The notes below the pieces were generated by a model. The model was given only the letters and a program-made list of their open reading frames with translations. It was not told where the DNA came from and ran no database searches. The translations under genes and the position numbers were made by a program. From assembly GCA_031414955.1 (NCBI GenBank), contig JANOQV010000054.1, positions 1-28,256 of the forward strand: DNA of 28,256 bases, given 5' to 3'. The DNA comes from Pedosphaera sp. Lineage in GTDB: Bacteria > Verrucomicrobiota > Verrucomicrobiia > Limisphaerales > SIBH01. Positions 24,734-28,256 of this stretch are shown here, piece after piece (position 1 is the first letter of the stretch; every line of letters starts with the position of its first letter).

Positions 24734-27700
24734 ATGTCTCACGCGGACTTCGTTCATCTGCATCTCCACAGCGAATATTCGCTGCTGGACGGGGCTTGTC
24801 GTCTCGACAACCTCATGGCGAAGGCGCACGCACTGAAGTTCCCCGCGCTGGCGCTCACCGACCACGGCGTGCTTTACGGCGCGATTGATTTTTATCAGGC
24901 GGCGCGCAAGGCGGGCATCAAGCCCATCATCGGCTGCGAGGTGTATGTCGCGCCGGGTTCGCGGCTGGAGAAGAAGACTTCCGGCGGCGGCGGGCGGGAT
25001 GTTTACAATCATCTCGTGCTGCTGGCCAAGGACGAGGTGGGCTACAAGAATCTCACCAAGCTCGCCACGTCGGCGCACATCGAGGGCTTTTATTACAAGC
25101 CACGCATCGACAAGGAAATTCTCGCGCAGCATCACGAGGGTTTGATTGCTCTTTCCGGCTGTCTCGCCAGCGAAATCCCCGAGGCCATCATCAAGGATGA
25201 TTTGAAGAAGGCGCGCGCGTCCATCGACTGGTTCAAGCAGACGCTCGGCGCGGACAACTTTTATCTCGAACTCCAGAACCACGGCCTCGGCGATCAGGCC
25301 AAGGTGAACCGGCAGCTCATCCCGTGGGCCAAAGAGTTCGGACTGAAGTGCGTGGCCACGAACGACGTGCATTACGTCGAGAAGAAGGACTGGCAGGCGC
25401 ACGACTGCCTCATCTGCATTGGCACGCAGACCGTGCGCGACGATCCGAAGCGGATGCGTTACCAGCCGGAGCAATTCTTCCTGCGCTCGGCCGAGGAGAT
25501 GAAGGCGATCTTCGCCGAGGTGCCGGAGGCGGTGCAGAACACGCTGGAGGTGGCGGAGAAGTGCAATCTGGAGATCGAGTTCGGCAAGCTGCACTACCCG
25601 CTGTTCACGCCGCCGGAACATTTTTCGCGCGAGGGCTATTTGCGGAAGCTGTGCGCGGAGGGACTGGAGCGCCGCTACACGATGCGCGCGCGGGCGGAGG
25701 GGAAAGAATTCATTGTCGAGGGGATTGATAAGCCGGAGAAGCTGCCGACTTATGCAGGGAAAGTAAGCAGTGAAACAGTAATCAGTAATCAGTCAGGCCA
25801 GAGCACGCTGGGTGGCGCCGAGCCGAACACTGTTTCACTGATTACTGATTCACTGAACACTGACCCCGCCGTCGCCGCCGCCATCAAGGACGTCATCGAC
25901 CGGCTGCAACTCGAACTGGCCGTCATCGAGAAGACCGGCTTCATCTCCTACTTCCTCATCGTGGCGGACTTCATTCGCCATGGGCGCGAAATCGGCATCT
26001 CGTGCGTGGCGCGCGGTTCGGCCGCCGGTTCCATCGTCACCTACCTGCTCGACATCGCGAACGTGGACCCGATTCGCTACGGGCTGCTCTTCGAGCGGTT
26101 TTTGAATCCCGAGCGCGTCAACCCGCCCGACATCGACATCGACTTCGCGGACGACCGGCGCGCGGACGTGATCGAATACGTGCGCCAGAAATACGGGCGC
26201 GAGTGCGTGGCGCAGATCATCACCTTCGGCACCATGGGCGCTAAGTCCGTGGTGCGCGACGTGGGCCGGGTGATGGGCCTGAGCTACGGCGAGTGCGACC
26301 GGCTGGCGAAGATGATTCCGACCGATCTCAAGATGTCGCTCGCCCTCGCGCTCAAGCAGTCGCCGGAATTCAAGGAGGCTTACAACACTGAGGAAGTGAC
26401 GCGCGAACTGGTGGACATGGCGTTCGTGCTGGAGGACATCGCGCGCAACTCGTCCGTTCACGCGGCCGGCGTCGTCATCAGCGACAAGCCGCTGGTGAAC
26501 TTGCTGCCGCTCCGGCAGGACGAGGACGGCACCATCATGACCCAGTATCCGATGAATCCCGTCGGCGACCTCGGCATGTTGAAGATGGATTTCCTCGGGC
26601 TGAAAACTTTGACGGTGCTCCGCAACACCGTGGAAATGATCAAGCGCACGCAGGGCCTCGAAATCGTGCTCGACGATCTGCCGCTGGATGATGCGAAGAC
26701 CTACGACATTCTGAACAAGGGCAACACCGTCGGCGTGTTCCAGTTGGAATCCAGCGGGATGCGCGACCTCTGCCGCAAGTTTCAGATCGCGAGCGTCGAG
26801 CACATCACCGCGCTGGTGTCGCTCTATCGCCCCGGCCCGATGGACCTGATTCCTGATTTCATCAAGCGCCGTCACGGCGAGATCCCCGTCGAGTACGCGC
26901 ATCCGTTGCTCGAATCCATCTCGAAGGAGACCTACGGCGTGCTCATCTATCAGGAGCAGGTGATGCAAGCCACGCAGTTGCTCGCCGGCTACACGCTGGG
27001 CGCGGCGGACTTGCTGCGGCGCGCGATGGGCAAGAAGAAGATCGAGGAGATGCAGAGCCAGCGCGCGAATTTCGTGAAGGGCTGCAAGGAGCGGAACAAC
27101 ATCTCGGAGTCCAAGGCGAACGAGGTGTTCGACTTGCTGGAAAAATTCGCGGGCTACGGCTTCAACAAGTCGCACGCGGCGGCCTACGCCATCGTGGCGT
27201 ATCAGACGGCGTATCTGAAGGCGAACCATCCGGTCGAGTTCCTCTGCGCCATGATGACGAACGACCTGAGCAGCACGGACAAGCTGGTCATCCTGCTCAA
27301 CGAGGCGCGTTCCATGGGCGTGGATGTACTCCAGCCCGATGTGAACGAGGGCGAGATGTTCTTCGCGCCCGCGCCTGCTCCCCGTAGCCGTAGCCGTGAG
27401 GCTGCGGCCAACCCGTCGGGGGGCATGGCCGCGCCCTCACGGGATGCGGCTACGGACCGTTCGGTGATCCGCTTCGGTCTCGCCGCGATCAAAGGCGTCG
27501 GCGAATCCGCCGTGGAAAGCATCCTCGCCGCGCGCCAGGAAGGCGGCCCGTTCAAGTCGTTCCCCGACATGCTGGAGCGCGTCGATCTGCGCGCGGTGAA
27601 CAAGAAGGCCATCGAGTCGCTGATCAAATCCGGTGGCTGTGATTGCTTTGGCGAGACGCGCGCCACGCTGTTCGCCTCGATTGATCGCGTGGCGGGCCGC

Positions 27701-28256
27701 GCCTCCAGCGCCGCCACGGACCGGGCGCGCGGACAGGTTTCCATGTTCGGCATGTTGGAGGAACGCGCCGAGGTGAAAGACGACGGCCTGCTCCGCGTGC
27801 CGGAATGGCCGCAGAGCGAATTGCTTTCCAACGAAAAGGAGTTGCTCGGCTTCTACATCACCGGCCATCCGCTCACGCCCTTCGCGCCCATCCTGGAGCG
27901 CTACACGCTGGCGAACTCCAAGACCGCCGCCGCGCTCCCCAGCCGCAGCATGACGCGCCTCGGCGGCATCATCACCGGCGTGACCGCCGGCATGTCGAAG
28001 AAGAGCGGCAAGCCCTACGCGGTGGTCACGCTCGAAGATTTGGAAGGCTCGTTCTCCATGCTCTGCATGAACGAGAACTACGACAAGTATCGCTCGCTCC
28101 TCGAAGTGAACCGCGCGCTGCTCATCATCGGGGAAGTGAACAACGACGAAGGCCCGCCCAAGCTGTTCCCGACCGAATTGATGCCGCTGGAGGACGCGCC
28201 GAAGAAGTTCACCAAGCAAATCCACCTGCGCCTCAACGCCGTCCACCTGACCGAAC
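24734..28256 (+). CDS. dnaE: DNA polymerase III alpha subunit (3' truncated by the window edge)
   Basis: Manual translation: MSHADFVHLHLHSEYSLLDG, TDHG, RGSAAGS, FERFLNPERVNPPDIDIDF, KMDFLGL, YGFNKSHAAAY, IRFGLAAIKGVG, clamp motif QVSMF. Absent from the ORF track, presumably because no stop codon falls in the window. Confidence 0.97.
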   Translation, partial: MSHADFVHLHLHSEYSLLDGACRLDNLMAKAHALKFPALALTDHGVLYGAIDFYQAARKAGIKPIIGCEVYVAPGSRLEKKTSGGGGRDVYNHLVLLAKDEVGYKNLTKLATSAHIEGFYYKPRIDKEILAQHHEGLIALSGCLASEIPEAIIKDDLKKARASIDWFKQTLGADNFYLELQNHGLGDQAKVNRQLIPWAKEFGLKCVATNDVHYVEKKDWQAHDCLICIGTQTVRDDPKRMRYQPEQFFLRSAEEMKAIFAEVPEAVQNTLEVAEKCNLEIEFGKLHYPLFTPPEHFSREGYLRKLCAEGLERRYTMRARAEGKEFIVEGIDKPEKLPTYAGKVSSETVISNQSGQSTLGGAEPNTVSLITDSLNTDPAVAAAIKDVIDRLQLELAVIEKTGFISYFLIVADFIRHGREIGISCVARGSAAGSIVTYLLDIANVDPIRYGLLFERFLNPERVNPPDIDIDFADDRRADVIEYVRQKYGRECVAQIITFGTMGAKSVVRDVGRVMGLSYGECDRLAKMIPTDLKMSLALALKQSPEFKEAYNTEEVTRELVDMAFVLEDIARNSSVHAAGVVISDKPLVNLLPLRQDEDGTIMTQYPMNPVGDLGMLKMDFLGLKTLTVLRNTVEMIKRTQGLEIVLDDLPLDDAKTYDILNKGNTVGVFQLESSGMRDLCRKFQIASVEHITALVSLYRPGPMDLIPDFIKRRHGEIPVEYAHPLLESISKETYGVLIYQEQVMQATQLLAGYTLGAADLLRRAMGKKKIEEMQSQRANFVKGCKERNNISESKANEVFDLLEKFAGYGFNKSHAAAYAIVAYQTAYLKANHPVEFLCAMMTNDLSSTDKLVILLNEARSMGVDVLQPDVNEGEMFFAPAPAPRSRSREAAANPSGGMAAPSRDAATDRSVIRFGLAAIKGVGESAVESILAARQEGGPFKSFPDMLERVDLRAVNKKAIESLIKSGGCDCFGETRATLFASIDRVAGRASSAATDRARGQVSMFGMLEERAEVKDDGLLRVPEWPQSELLSNEKELLGFYITGHPLTPFAPILERYTLANSKTAAALPSRSMTRLGGIITGVTAGMSKKSGKPYAVVTLEDLEGSFSMLCMNENYDKYRSLLEVNRALLIIGEVNNDEGPPKLFPTELMPLEDAPKKFTKQIHLRLNAVHLTE
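25762..25863. repeat. Inverted CAGT(G)AAT-unit hairpin element inside dnaE
   Basis: cagtgaaa-cagtaat-cagtaat-cagt ... actg-tttcactg-attactg-attcactg-aacactg; an AT-rich patch in a GC-rich gene with the frame preserved. Confidence 0.85.
27382..27455. repeat. GTAG-type REP-doublet-like palindrome inside dnaE
   Basis: Left arm ccgtagccgtagccgtgaggctgcggcca; the right arm reverse-complements to ccgtagccgcatcccgtgagggcgcggcca; frame preserved. Confidence 0.82.

Noticed and set aside
25679..25900. Intein or intron in dnaE
   Set aside because: The insert is short, has no intein-like terminal His-Asn followed by Cys/Ser/Thr and no endonuclease, and the frame is continuous.

Overview
This is a high-GC bacterial chromosomal window. 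Gene content and protein styles suggest Verrucomicrobiota/PVC, which is an inference. From left to right: serA, a secreted thermonuclease, a YceK/YidQ lipoprotein and pyrC (all minus strand); a divergent blaI-like repressor coupled to a 1027-aa M56 (BlaR1-type) peptidase fused to TPR and secretin domains; a 1.6-kb accessory patch with two gene remnants, an orphan ORF and a TIGR02574-type antitoxin/RelE-ParE toxin pair; two giant secreted proteins (CotH-kinase/LTD/Ig, 2103 aa; LamG/Ig, about 1650 aa) sharing a C-terminal RFYR module; an MMPL/RND transporter; and dnaE, which runs off the right edge and is missing from the ORF track. The best novelty candidate is the BlaI/M56-secretin system, whose secretin domain appears to lack the membrane-inserting VPxLGDIPxxGxLF loop. 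The second is a set of hairpin elements (heptamer-armed and REP-like), two of them inserted in frame in dnaE. All calls come from motif recognition by eye; no searches were run.
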